Shown here: positions 23,265 to 32,588 of the stretch, one piece after another
How the letters are laid out: every line of letters starts with the position of its first letter
Numbering within the stretch: the stretch's first letter is position 1
Assembly: GCA_030603165.1 (NCBI GenBank)
Contig: JAUVYH010000003.1
Coordinates: 1-45,639 of the forward strand
Origin: Fidelibacterota bacterium
GTDB lineage: Bacteria > Fidelibacterota > UBA2242
Length of the DNA: 45,639 bases
Reading direction: 5' to 3'
Made by a program: the position numbers and the translations under genes
The notes under the pieces: model-generated
The model's database searches: none
The model's input: only the letters and a program-made list of their open reading frames with translations
Told to the model about the DNA's origin: nothing

Positions 23265-25184
23265 ATGGGAAAAATTATCGGGATTGATCTGGGTACAACC
23301 AACTCCTGTGTCGCAGTAATGGACGCCGGTACTCCCCGGGTATTGGAAAATTCGGAAGGACGTTCCGTCACGCCTTCAGTTGTTGTATTCAAAAAAGACG
23401 GTGAACGAGTTGTAGGTGATACGGCAAAACGCCAGATTGTGACAAATCACGACCGTGCCGTTTATTCGATAAAACGCTTCATGGGACGCCTTTACAAAGA
23501 AGTCTCTCATGAAAAAGAAGAGGTGCCGTTTAAAGTCATTCAAGGACCCAATAGCGATGTGCGTGTACGTGTGGCTGACCGCGATTACTCTCCACCTGAA
23601 ATTGGCGCAATGGTTTTACAGAAAATGAAACAAACCGCCGAAGAAAAATTAGGAGAGAAAATTACAGACGCCGTAATTACTGTACCCGCATACTTTAATG
23701 ACTCTCAACGTCAGGCAACCAAAGATGCCGGAAAAATTGCCGGACTAAACGTCAAACGTATTATTAATGAACCCACAGCGGCAGCTCTTGCATACGGACT
23801 TGATAATAAAAAAGATGAAAAAATCGCTGTCTATGACCTGGGCGGCGGTACTTTTGATATCTCAATATTGGAAATTGGCGATGGTGTTTTCGAAGTCAAA
23901 TCCACCAGCGGTGATACTCATCTGGGCGGTGATGATTTAGATCAGCGCGTTATCGACTGGCTCGTTGATGGGTTTAAGAAAAAAGAAGGCGTGGACCTGA
24001 AGAAAGATCCTATGGCATTGCAACGCCTGAAAGAAGCCGCTGAAAAAGCCAAGGTCGAACTGTCCTCCAATATGGAAACCGAAATTAACCTGCCCTATAT
24101 AACAGCGGGAGCCGCCGGTCCGATCCATATGCTGGAAAAAATATCCCGCGCAAAATTCGAATCCCTTGTCGGAGATCTCATAGAACGCACCCGCAAACCA
24201 TGTCAGCAGGCTCTAAAAGATTCTGGACTTTCATCCGGTGATATTGATGAAATAATCCTTGTTGGCGGTTCTACCCGTATTCCAAAAGTACAGGCATTGG
24301 TTAAGGAGATTTTCGGTAAAGAACCAAATAAAACCGTGAACCCTGATGAAGTCGTTGCAATTGGCGCCGCAATACAGGGTGGCGTGCTTGGTGGTGAAGT
24401 AAGTGATATTCTCCTCCTCGATGTTACACCTCTTTCACTCGGGATTGAAACCCTTGGCGGTGTTGCTACGCACCTGATCGAACGCAATACGACCATTCCA
24501 ACACGGAAAAGTGAGATATTCTCCACAGCCGCCGACAGTCAGACTACCGTGGAAATTCATGTCTTACAGGGTGAACGTTCGATGGCAGCCGACAATAAAA
24601 GCATCGGTAAATTTCATCTGGACGGTCTTCCACCGGCGCCCCGCGGCGTACCTCAGATCGAAGTGACCTTCGACATCGACGCAAATGGTATTTTAAATGT
24701 CTCCGCTAAGGACAAAGCTACCGGCAAAGAACAGAGCGTACGCATTCAGACCTCCAGTGGATTGTCCGACGAAGAAAAAGAGCGCATGGTGCATGACGCC
24801 CAGGCTCATGAAGAAGAAGATAAACGCCGTAAAGAAGAAGTCGATACCCGCAACCAGGTTGATGCAATTGTTTACCAGACTGAAAAGAATATGAAAGAGT
24901 ACGGAGATAAACTACAGCCTGACGAAAAAGGCAAAATCAACGACGCGCTGGAACAACTGAAAAAAGTTCAGGGCAGCAATGATATCAACGCTATGAAAGA
25001 GGGCATTGAGAATATCAATAAGGTCTGGTCGGAAGTATCTTCCAAGATGTACGAACGCGTCAAAACCGAAACTCCTCCGCCGGATGCCGAACAGCAACCT
25101 GGCGGCGAAGCACAAAGCAGCGCCGGTACCGGCAAAGACGATAACGTCGAAGACGCCGACTTCGAAGTCGTCGATGACAAATAA
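23265..25184 (+). CDS. dnaK: Chaperone DnaK
   Basis: [17 protein letters not shown] and VGGSTRIP motifs; C-terminal EDADFEVVD. Confidence 0.99.
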   Translation: MGKIIGIDLGTTNSCVAVMDAGTPRVLENSEGRSVTPSVVVFKKDGERVVGDTAKRQIVTNHDRAVYSIKRFMGRLYKEVSHEKEEVPFKVIQGPNSDVRVRVADRDYSPPEIGAMVLQKMKQTAEEKLGEKITDAVITVPAYFNDSQRQATKDAGKIAGLNVKRIINEPTAAALAYGLDNKKDEKIAVYDLGGGTFDISILEIGDGVFEVKSTSGDTHLGGDDLDQRVIDWLVDGFKKKEGVDLKKDPMALQRLKEAAEKAKVELSSNMETEINLPYITAGAAGPIHMLEKISRAKFESLVGDLIERTRKPCQQALKDSGLSSGDIDEIILVGGSTRIPKVQALVKEIFGKEPNKTVNPDEVVAIGAAIQGGVLGGEVSDILLLDVTPLSLGIETLGGVATHLIERNTTIPTRKSEIFSTAADSQTTVEIHVLQGERSMAADNKSIGKFHLDGLPPAPRGVPQIEVTFDIDANGILNVSAKDKATGKEQSVRIQTSSGLSDEEKERMVHDAQAHEEEDKRRKEEVDTRNQVDAIVYQTEKNMKEYGDKLQPDEKGKINDALEQLKKVQGSNDINAMKEGIENINKVWSEVSSKMYERVKTETPPPDAEQQPGGEAQSSAGTGKDDNVEDADFEVVDDK

Positions 25185-25318
25185 TATAGATTCCTATTTT
25201 CAGAACTCCTGACCTGATGTTGAAAAATCAATGATTTATTTCAATGAATTCGTAAAGTAAAATGTCATAATTTGTGATAAACTGGGAGTTCTGATTTCAA
25301 ATTTCAAATATCAAAGTG

Positions 25319-25480
25319 CAAATTGTATTAAAGGAAGTGAGAGAATCAAGGTTTTGGATTCGATTAATTAAAAGAGCAAGTTTGATTCCGAAAGATAAAA
25401 TTTCACCAATTCTTTGTGAAACTGATGAACTTATTAAAATAATTGCAAAATCAGTTATTACATCGAAGATAAAAAAATAA
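25319..25480 (+). pseudogene. C-terminal fragment of a four-helix-bundle (23S rRNA-IVP/TIGR02436-like) protein
   Basis: Manual translation QIVLKEVRESRFWIRLIKRASLIPKDKISPILCETDELIKIIAKSVITSKIKK*; N-terminal half missing; flanked by inverted tttcaaa/tttgaaa heptamer runs. Confidence 0.8.
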
Positions 25481-25498
25481 TTTGAAATTTAGTATTTG

Positions 25499-25520
25499 CG
25501 CCAAAGGCGTCCCCTTGGGG
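25499..25520 (+). mobile_element. 22-nt double-hairpin micro-insertion
   Basis: cgcc-aaa-ggcg tccc-ctt-gggg interrupting tttg|cattttgaaat. Confidence 0.7.
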
Positions 25521-25663
25521 CATTTTGAAATAACAGCCATACCGACTGATTTCAACATGAATAACTCCGATTGAAAATCTAAACCACAACGTGGTTCCAG
25601 CAGTTTTTGCAAAAATTAGAGACAGAATAATCTGCGATAAGTCAGGAGTTCTGATTTTACTTC

Positions 25664-25694
25664 AAGAGGGTGAATTTCTTCACCCTCTTTTTTT
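25664..25694 (+). terminator. Rho-independent terminator (probably the displaced dnaK terminator)
   Basis: aagagggtga...tcaccctctt stem followed by a T run. Confidence 0.8.
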
Positions 25695-25769
25695 ATCCAA
25701 ACACCGTTGAAAACTTTTGGTTTTTAGTGATTTTCATAGTATTTTTCAGCGCTATTTTAGAACAGAATC

Positions 25770-25842
25770 GGCGACGTACCCAAGTGGCTAAGGGAGCGGT
25801 CTGCAAAATCGTTATTCACCGGTTCGAATCCGGTCGTCGCCT
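25770..25842 (+). tRNA. tRNA-Cys(GCA)
   Basis: Acceptor stem GGCGACG/CGTCGCC, U discriminator, anticodon loop CTGCAAA, T-arm GGTTCGAATCC; CCA not encoded. Confidence 0.96.
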
Positions 25843-25855
25843 CGTTTTTTTTCGT

Positions 25856-25930
25856 GCCGAAGTGGCGGAATTGCCTCAACGGAGATCCCTTTGGGAGTAG
25901 ACGCAAGGGACTTAAAATCCTTCGTAGGTT
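25856..25930 (+). pseudogene. Truncated 5' duplicate of tRNA-Leu(TAA) with a 23-nt insertion in the D-loop
   Basis: Matches 25960-26001 exactly apart from cctcaacggagatccctttggga at 25874-25896; lacks the T-arm and 3' acceptor strand. Confidence 0.85.
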
Positions 25931-25959
25931 TAAAACGCTTTTTAAAATTTTATCACAGT

Positions 25960-26045
25960 GCCGAAGTGGCGGAATTGGTAGACGCAAGGGACTTAAAATC
26001 CCTCGAAGGTAATCCTTCGTGTCGGTTCGAGTCCGACCTTCGGTA
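25960..26045 (+). tRNA. tRNA-Leu(TAA)
   Basis: Acceptor stem GCCGAAG/CTTCGGT, anticodon loop CTTAAAA, long variable arm, GGTTCGAGTCC; CCA not encoded. Confidence 0.96.
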
Positions 26046-26049
26046 CAAC

Positions 26050-26084
26050 AAAATCCCGTCGGTAAACGGCGGGATTTTCGTTTT
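26050..26084 (+). terminator. Rho-independent terminator of the tRNA cluster
   Basis: aaaatcccgtc...ggcgggatttt hairpin plus T-rich tail. Confidence 0.8.
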
Positions 26085-26322
26085 AAATACCATCCCTCAA
26101 AATTCTTGCATCATTTTCCGATAAGTTCCAATAAAAACCTGTAAGGAAACTCACCCCCTGTCCCCCTCTCTTGAAAACAAGTGGGAACGCACCTATCTTT
26201 ATCCTCTAAAGAAACATTTATAAAGGAGTGAGTTCAATATAACTTTCAACTTAACACAAGTCCTAAAGAGAGCCCCACATCTCAACCGGAATACTTTATT
26301 GTGGACTTGTGTCAAGTTCTGA

Positions 26323-29300
26323 TTATTTGAGTATCACACACTTCTTTACATCTGAGAATCGACCTGCATCAATTTTATACAGATACACTCCTGAGCCTAC
26401 CTTTGAAGCGTCCCATTGAACCGAATAGTATCCCGGTTCCTTTGATTGATTCTCTAAAACTTCCAGCGCCTGACCGGCGATATTGTATATCGTCAAAGTG
26501 ACATACGATTTTTCGGGAATCGCATACTGAATGGTTGTAACCGGATTGAATGGGTTGGGATAATTCCGGCTTAAAGAATATTCTGTCGGGATTCCACTAA
26601 CATCTAAATCTATAGCTGCTATTCGAGATAAGGTGGATACGGCAACATCATTTTTAACGGCGCCTTCATTCCAACGCAGCTCATCGAGCGATACTGTTGT
26701 CTCAACTCCGCTAAAACTGGCATTAATGACAAAACGCACCGTAGCAAACACACCGCTTTCGCCGTCCGGAGCAGAACCGGCGCCCGCAAAAACTAGCCTG
26801 CCATCCGATTCATTCACTTCGATCAAAAACCCTTCCGTTACTTGCGACCACTCAATATCTTTATAGACTAATTGCTCCGGTCTGTAAGACATACATCCCT
26901 CAAAAGAGAGTATATTACTACCTCCGCTTAATGTGAGCGGTACCTCTATCACCTGCCCCGGAACATAACTGCCATCTTTCATCGTGATAGAGCCCTTTGC
27001 CAGGAGATTACCGTTTGAAGTATCATAAGGCAGTGTATCAATCAGTCCAACTCCGTATTGAAGAATTATCGATGCATCAAGCGCCGTAACTGTGTCATTG
27101 AGCGTCACATCGGCATTGACTAATCCCTGACAATCGAGTGTCTCTACTTCAATTACATATTTTAAGATAAGAGCGGCGTCATGCGCCTGAACTTCTCCAT
27201 TACTATCTACGTCACCATAAACAGGAATAGGTTTAATATAAATTCCACCATTGGTAATCGATACCGAATCATCGCCTGTATTAAATAATGCGGATTCGAT
27301 ATTGATCGGTACGAAATTGCATGGCTCTCCTGTAACAGCAAACTTCAGCCGGCAAAAGACGCCACTTCCTGAAATATCTTCCGCACCGGCAAACCAGGAA
27401 ATTATCAGGCTGTCACCAGTCTCATTGACGGCATTACTCCAGCCGGCGCCGCCTGTCATGCTTAAAGAAGTATCTACTTCAATGAAATCTAATCCATCTT
27501 GATAACCGCTGAAAGTAAGTTCGGCGGAGTCGTAATTTTTCCCATTGGGGAATTCAACATTTACAGGAATATCAATCGTATCACCTATAAATGCATTAAG
27601 AGAATCAACGGCAATTAATATATTTTCTCCCCAGCCACCAACATGGTAAAGGCTGTCTATTGTAGCAGAATCAAGGATGCAATTAAAAATTTTTATATCA
27701 TCTAAAGAACCTTTAAAACTAAGCAAATTGAGGGGTGCACCCCAATAACCCCAATAGATAGTATCATTTTGGGATACAGGATGATAGCCGCCATCATTTG
27801 TATAAATTCCGTTAAACATATTATTTCCATCAATATAGAGTTTCAAGTAATTATTTATAGAATCATATTGTAAAAATACATGATGCCAAGTATCAAATAA
27901 TGGGGGATAATCTGTAACTACATGATAACCATTATTATCGGCTAATTGTTTTCTTGAATATATATATCCTTCCTGACCAGGTTTTGAAAAACTATACATA
28001 CAACAATAAGAGTTATTATACCAGAAAAAGTGTGGCCATTCAATATCTGGATCTGGGAAAGATGATTTATACCAAAATGACAAGCCCATTGTGCCAATAT
28101 TACCTATTTCAGATATAATATAATCATCAATTCCATCAAACTCATAAGCGCTATTTCCATTCCCAAATCTATCAGCTGTCAGAGTTGCTCCACTCACAGT
28201 GCCATCATTCCCATTCCCGCTTTCATCATTGGCATTGCCATTAAAAGGGTAATAAGCAACCAGGTTAGGTGGTTCTGAGTCTTTTATGCAGCGTACAGAA
28301 AATCCATCTTCTTTACCATATCCATCAGGGCTAACATAAATACCCGAACTATCATAATCTAATGTTCGCCCCACAGCTTCCGTAGTGTTCAAATCGGAAG
28401 AAGACCAAAGGTATGCTTGAAAACCAATAAAGTTATAGGGACCATCCCAGCCTCGAGAACCACCAGGCAAAGCAGAAAAACCGGATTCATTAGTAGCTCC
28501 AGTATTGGGGCTATTCCAATGGGTTGTACCTATTTCTTTTAGTTTGCTGCCTTCATCTGTTCCCCGCCATCCGGTAGCATTTGCATCCGATTCACTCATA
28601 CCTAGATACATTTCCAGTTCTTTCCATTCTTCATCAGTTGGCACATGCCAGCCTTCAGGAGCGATATTGCGGTTGTCATTCACAGCGTACCAGTTATAAA
28701 GTACTCCGTAAGTGTCACCATTGTTATCATCATTATCATAAAAGCAATAAGCGCCCTCAGTCATTGCAGACCATACCGTGTTGTTATTAATTCTGGTAAT
28801 TGCTTCGCCATTTCTGTAATGTGTCACTTTCAGGTTCTCCGCCATCCACCATTGGTTTCCAATTTTTACTGTTTGATAGGTATTGTCATCTATATCAGTA
28901 ACTGTCCCTGTCTCGTAAAGTGCCCATCCTCCTTCGTGATAAAGAGAATCAATCTCTGATTTAGTTAAGGCCCGGTTGTAGATGCGGATGTCATCTATAA
29001 CACCATCATAATAATAGTCACCGCCGAAGGTGTTCTCACCGATATAGAGGTCGTTATCAGATGGAGAAATTGTTCCCGTTTGTGTAATGGTCGTATCCAA
29101 AGTATTATTGATATATATCCTCATTTCGTTTTCATTATAGGTCATTACGAAGTGATAATATTTATCCAATTCAAGATCAAAAGTCCAGTGATCGATGAAA
29201 GAGTCAGGAGAGTACTTAAAACCCCAATGTAAATCTCTTTGTCTTTGTCCCAAATCCCACGATCCGTATTTTTCAATTATTGCATATGGGAAATAATATG

Positions 29301-29619
29301 GTGCCTCTGACTCAGGTTTAATCCATAATGACACCGTGATTTGGTCAATGCTATCTATGGTTGGAGAATTTGGAACTTGTATATAATCATCAATCCCATC
29401 AAAACTATAAGCGCTATTTTCATTCCCAAACCGGTCAGTTGCTAAAGTTGGAGCATGTCCTGTTGTATCCCCATGATTACCATTCCCGCTTTCATCATTG
29501 GCATTACCGTTGAAAGGGTAATAAGCAACCAGCCCATCATTCAAGCCAGCAAACACACTTCCCGTAATAATGAATAAAACCATTAATGCAATCAAAATAC
29601 AATTAAGGTTCTTTTTCAT
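26323..29619 (-). CDS. Secreted modular protein: LamG - Fibrobacter succinogenes major domain - LamG - cohesin - dockerin - cohesin - C-terminal sorting domain
   Basis: Signal peptide; LVAYYPFNGNANDESGNGN twice; TVKIGNQWWMAENL...GFSVRCIKD; GDVDSNGEV..HDA/ADVTLND.V.ALDA dockerin duplet; NYPNPFNP...SGVYLYK C-terminal domain. Confidence 0.85.
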   Translation of the reverse strand: MKKNLNCILIALMVLFIITGSVFAGLNDGLVAYYPFNGNANDESGNGNHGDTTGHAPTLATDRFGNENSAYSFDGIDDYIQVPNSPTIDSIDQITVSLWIKPESEAPYYFPYAIIEKYGSWDLGQRQRDLHWGFKYSPDSFIDHWTFDLELDKYYHFVMTYNENEMRIYINNTLDTTITQTGTISPSDNDLYIGENTFGGDYYYDGVIDDIRIYNRALTKSEIDSLYHEGGWALYETGTVTDIDDNTYQTVKIGNQWWMAENLKVTHYRNGEAITRINNNTVWSAMTEGAYCFYDNDDNNGDTYGVLYNWYAVNDNRNIAPEGWHVPTDEEWKELEMYLGMSESDANATGWRGTDEGSKLKEIGTTHWNSPNTGATNESGFSALPGGSRGWDGPYNFIGFQAYLWSSSDLNTTEAVGRTLDYDSSGIYVSPDGYGKEDGFSVRCIKDSEPPNLVAYYPFNGNANDESGNGNDGTVSGATLTADRFGNGNSAYEFDGIDDYIISEIGNIGTMGLSFWYKSSFPDPDIEWPHFFWYNNSYCCMYSFSKPGQEGYIYSRKQLADNNGYHVVTDYPPLFDTWHHVFLQYDSINNYLKLYIDGNNMFNGIYTNDGGYHPVSQNDTIYWGYWGAPLNLLSFKGSLDDIKIFNCILDSATIDSLYHVGGWGENILIAVDSLNAFIGDTIDIPVNVEFPNGKNYDSAELTFSGYQDGLDFIEVDTSLSMTGGAGWSNAVNETGDSLIISWFAGAEDISGSGVFCRLKFAVTGEPCNFVPINIESALFNTGDDSVSITNGGIYIKPIPVYGDVDSNGEVQAHDAALILKYVIEVETLDCQGLVNADVTLNDTVTALDASIILQYGVGLIDTLPYDTSNGNLLAKGSITMKDGSYVPGQVIEVPLTLSGGSNILSFEGCMSYRPEQLVYKDIEWSQVTEGFLIEVNESDGRLVFAGAGSAPDGESGVFATVRFVINASFSGVETTVSLDELRWNEGAVKNDVAVSTLSRIAAIDLDVSGIPTEYSLSRNYPNPFNPVTTIQYAIPEKSYVTLTIYNIAGQALEVLENQSKEPGYYSVQWDASKVGSGVYLYKIDAGRFSDVKKCVILK

Positions 29620-29924
29620 GATCGTTTCCTCCCTAAGATATTTTCTAATGATTTAAAAACCAACTATCGTATATACTTTTTGCACAATCCTCTTTATAAA
29701 AAACATCAAATATCATGAGCAAAACATCCCGATATCCGGAACTGTAAAAAAAACAATTCCCGGCGGATTACATTTTTTATCCTCTAATAAATTTATTAAC
29801 CTGAAATACTTCAATTCATTCACGGTTTACATTTGCAAACAAAATACTATTAATATTTTCGTTATGCAAGAACAATTTAGGTTTGATCGTAATGCCTACC
29901 TGGGTAAGCCAGAATTTCAAATTT

Positions 29925-29946
29925 CCCCAAAGGGGTGCCTTCGGCA
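29925..29946 (-). mobile_element. 22-nt double-hairpin micro-insertion
   Basis: Minus strand tgcc-gaa-ggca cccc-ttt-gggg; removing it restores the heptamer run tttgaaa-cttgaaa-tttgaaa. Confidence 0.75.
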
Positions 29947-30000
29947 CAAGTTTCAAATTGCAAATTGTAAATTTATAAGAAAATTCCCTTTGGGATAAGA

Positions 30001-30087
30001 GTAACTTTGCGAAAGCTATCTAAAAGAGATTTACAGTATTCATCTGTATCTTTCGCATTACCGAGAACGAACTTTCGCAAAGATTAC
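30001..30087. repeat. REP-like inverted doublet
   Basis: gtaactttgcgaaag ... ctttcgcaaagattac. Confidence 0.65.
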
Positions 30088-30189
30088 TTCTGGTTTATTG
30101 GTTGATTAGTTTACTGGTTTATCGGGGCTGGATGTTGAATTTTTAATTGAAGATTGCTAATAAAATCACAATATCAAAACACCAAATTT

Positions 30190-30211
30190 CTCCAATGGGA
30201 CGCCTTTGGCG
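30190..30211 (-). mobile_element. 22-nt double-hairpin micro-insertion
   Basis: Minus strand cgcc-aaa-ggcg tccc-att-ggag, 20/22 identical to 25499-25520; removing it restores caccaaa-tttcaaa-tttctaa on the + strand. Confidence 0.75.
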
Positions 30212-30372
30212 CAAATTTCTAATTACTCTCCCTTCCTTTCTCCCCTGCTCCAATTTATCGAAGGTTTACTCCAAATAACTGAAGGATTACGTTTGATCAA
30301 AATCTGGATTACGGTATTGTATATATGTCGAATTATCAATAATATTGGAGAGCAGAAATTAAAGGAGGCTAC

Positions 30373-31389
30373 GTGGCACAAGAACCGGATTTTTACGACA
30401 TAGAAATCACATTGCAAACCCTAAAATATGCAACCCGGCAATTGGTGGCTGAATTGGATGTGGAACGGGTAGTTTTCCATGCACTTCACTCCATCGCCGA
30501 TTTCAGTAACAGTGGCAAATTATCACTTTTACTATTGAATAGTGATTCAACAACAGCTAATGTCGCGGGGATATTAATTGACGGAGAATTCAGCACGCCA
30601 AACGAACAAATTACCATAAGAAACACACCACTTGCAGAAATATTGGAAACAAAGCAATCCGGGACTTATGACATCCTGAAAAAGACGCCGTATCCAATCC
30701 CGACCTCTAAAATATTTCATACCAAATCAAAATGCAAATGCCTTCCATTAGTGGGCACAAATCATAAAGTTAACGGGTTTATAAACTTTGAGGAAAAGTC
30801 CGGCAAGATAATCCACAAGAACCATCAGGAAATATTAACCGTTTTGACTACCTTGATCGCAATGACGCTTGAAAATGCCAGACTGTTCCAGCTGGCAACA
30901 ATCGATGGGCTTACCGGTCTATATGTTCGCCGATACTTCGATATCCGTCTTAAAGAAGAAATTACACGACTAAAGCGCATCGACTCAAATCTTGCTATAA
31001 TTATGATGGATATCGATCACTTTAAATCCGTTAACGACACATTCGGACACCAGCAGGGGGATGTTGTATTAACAGAACTTGCCTCCATTCTTAAAAACGC
31101 CATTCGTAAAGATCTGGATATTCCCTGCCGTTACGGGGGTGAGGAATTTGTCGCTATTCTGCCCGGCACCGATCAGGAAGGCGCCATCGTCCTGGCGGAA
31201 CGCATCCGGAAACGATGTGAGGATTTTCAATTCAAAAGCCTTAGCGATGATCCGATTCGGGTTACGATCAGTGGAGGAGTTGCGTCGATCAATTCCAATA
31301 CGATTATTACAAAAGAAGAATTATTCGAGATAGCGGATAAAAAATTATACGAAGCAAAACAGGCGGGACGAAATAGAATCCGGTTTTAA
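30373..31389 (+). CDS. GAF-like sensor diguanylate cyclase
   Basis: DGLTGL, DIDHFK.VND.FGH..GD, RYGGEEF and LYEAKQAGRN; GTG start after GGAGG RBS. Confidence 0.93.
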   Translation: MAQEPDFYDIEITLQTLKYATRQLVAELDVERVVFHALHSIADFSNSGKLSLLLLNSDSTTANVAGILIDGEFSTPNEQITIRNTPLAEILETKQSGTYDILKKTPYPIPTSKIFHTKSKCKCLPLVGTNHKVNGFINFEEKSGKIIHKNHQEILTVLTTLIAMTLENARLFQLATIDGLTGLYVRRYFDIRLKEEITRLKRIDSNLAIIMMDIDHFKSVNDTFGHQQGDVVLTELASILKNAIRKDLDIPCRYGGEEFVAILPGTDQEGAIVLAERIRKRCEDFQFKSLSDDPIRVTISGGVASINSNTIITKEELFEIADKKLYEAKQAGRNRIRF

Positions 31390-31440
31390 CCCTATAACGT
31401 CATTTAGGAAATATGATGCGATATATATTTCCAACTAACA

Positions 31441-31609
31441 CCGGCACATCTAAAATTATCTCAAAAAAGAACAAAGATTAACCCCCGGTTTGAACCGGGG
31501 GAATGAAGGTTGTGCACCACGTTTCCGACTTTAGTCGGTAAGTTACCCGAATGAATTCGGGGGTATGTTATTAGTGCTCAGTATCCACCCAATGAATTGG
31601 GTGGTTAAC
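31441..31609 (-). repeat. Four-hairpin non-autonomous element, full copy
   Basis: Reverse-complement match to the element at 6511-6759, with compensatory stem changes (ccccggtt-tg-aaccgggg). Confidence 0.9.
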
Positions 31610-31672
31610 TTTTAGAAGTGAGTTCCTGACGCAACGGAGAATGGAATTAAATTTTTAAGTTACGTAGTAGGG

Positions 31673-32524
31673 TTAATCGCTGCGCAATGTCACCCAAGAT
31701 ACAGTTCCTAAAATAAACAAACCACCAAGAACCGTTCGAAGCTGCGGATATTCTCCAAGAACAAGTATCGCCAGCAGGATGCCATAAACCGGCTCCAGGG
31801 AAGCGATTATTCCGGCGGTATATGCGCGGATATGCTTCATGCTGTGAATAAAAAGCGTATGCGCCAGAGCGGTGCAAATTATCCCGAGAAATGCTATATA
31901 AGCAAGATCATTTATAGCTATGCGCGGCGCTTGAATAATGATAACGGGTAATAATATCAGGCAGGCGATGAAGTCCTGATAGAAGGCAATCTTCAGCGCC
32001 GGGTAAACAGATGTATATTTCTTATTAAAGATTGTCAGTAAGGCAAATGTCCAGCCGGAGATCAAACCGTACAAAACTCCCTGCATAATATTGTTTCGGA
32101 TATCAAATTTCGGAATAATAACAATCATTCCTGCCATTACAATGAGAGCCGTGATTACATCGATTATTCTCAATCGGCATTTTGTGAACAGCGGCTCACA
32201 TAGAGTTACAAAAACCGGGAAACTGGAATAGGTCAACAGACCAATCGCAACTGTTGATACCTGAATTGAATAAAAAAATGTCAACCAGTGAACAGCCAAC
32301 AGCATTCCCATCAACAGAAATCCGCAAATATCACGTCGATTCTGAAATTTAAAGCTGATCCGGTATCTTCTGATGACGATCCACAAAACGACCGACGCGA
32401 AAGCCGTTCGCCCAAAGACGATCGTTACAGGACTTGCCGCAATTAATTTTCCAAATAGTCCCGCCAGACCGAATAACAGCACGGCGATATGAATTCCCGA
32501 TAGATGTTTTATTCGTGTAGCCAT
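31673..32524 (-). CDS. EamA/DMT family transporter
   Basis: About 10 TM helices in two repeats; LEPVYGILLA.LVLGE motif. Confidence 0.9.
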   Translation of the reverse strand: MATRIKHLSGIHIAVLLFGLAGLFGKLIAASPVTIVFGRTAFASVVLWIVIRRYRISFKFQNRRDICGFLLMGMLLAVHWLTFFYSIQVSTVAIGLLTYSSFPVFVTLCEPLFTKCRLRIIDVITALIVMAGMIVIIPKFDIRNNIMQGVLYGLISGWTFALLTIFNKKYTSVYPALKIAFYQDFIACLILLPVIIIQAPRIAINDLAYIAFLGIICTALAHTLFIHSMKHIRAYTAGIIASLEPVYGILLAILVLGEYPQLRTVLGGLFILGTVSWVTLRSD

Positions 32525-32536
32525 TCCGGTATAATG

Positions 32537-32565
32537 AAAGTGTCAGGCGTAACGCCTGACACTTT
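32537..32565. repeat. Perfect palindrome with 14-bp arms (terminator or REP-like)
   Basis: aaagtgtcaggcgt-a-acgcctgacacttt between the M48 gene stop and the EamA start. Confidence 0.6.
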
Positions 32566-32588
32566 GCAAAACTCCCGGTATTACGATT

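Larger units (their letters stand above)
25201..25653. mobile_element. MITE-like element with 13-bp terminal inverted repeats and 5-bp ATTTT flanking direct repeat
   Basis: cagaactcctgac (25201-25213) and gtcaggagttctg (25641-25653); ATTTT at 25196-25200 and 25654-25658; second degenerate right end near 25281-25293. Confidence 0.7.

Noticed and set aside
25874-25896. The 23-nt tRNA insert as a spliced tRNA intron
   Set aside because: The host copy lacks the T-arm and 3' acceptor strand, the insert is far too small for a self-splicing intron, and related inserts occur in non-tRNA contexts.
25670-26124. Short ORFs over the tRNA cluster
   Set aside because: They are shadow translations of tRNA-Cys and tRNA-Leu.
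26148-26235. aactcaccccctgtccccctctc ... ggagtgagtt, a possible decayed palindromic repeat
   Set aside because: Single, heavily degenerate copy in the window; not enough to call.
25319-29619. Diversity-generating retroelement (Avd-like fragment near a Fib_succ_major domain)
   Set aside because: No reverse transcriptase gene and no template/variable repeat pair with adenine-specific mismatches were seen; the LamG repeat differences are mostly synonymous.
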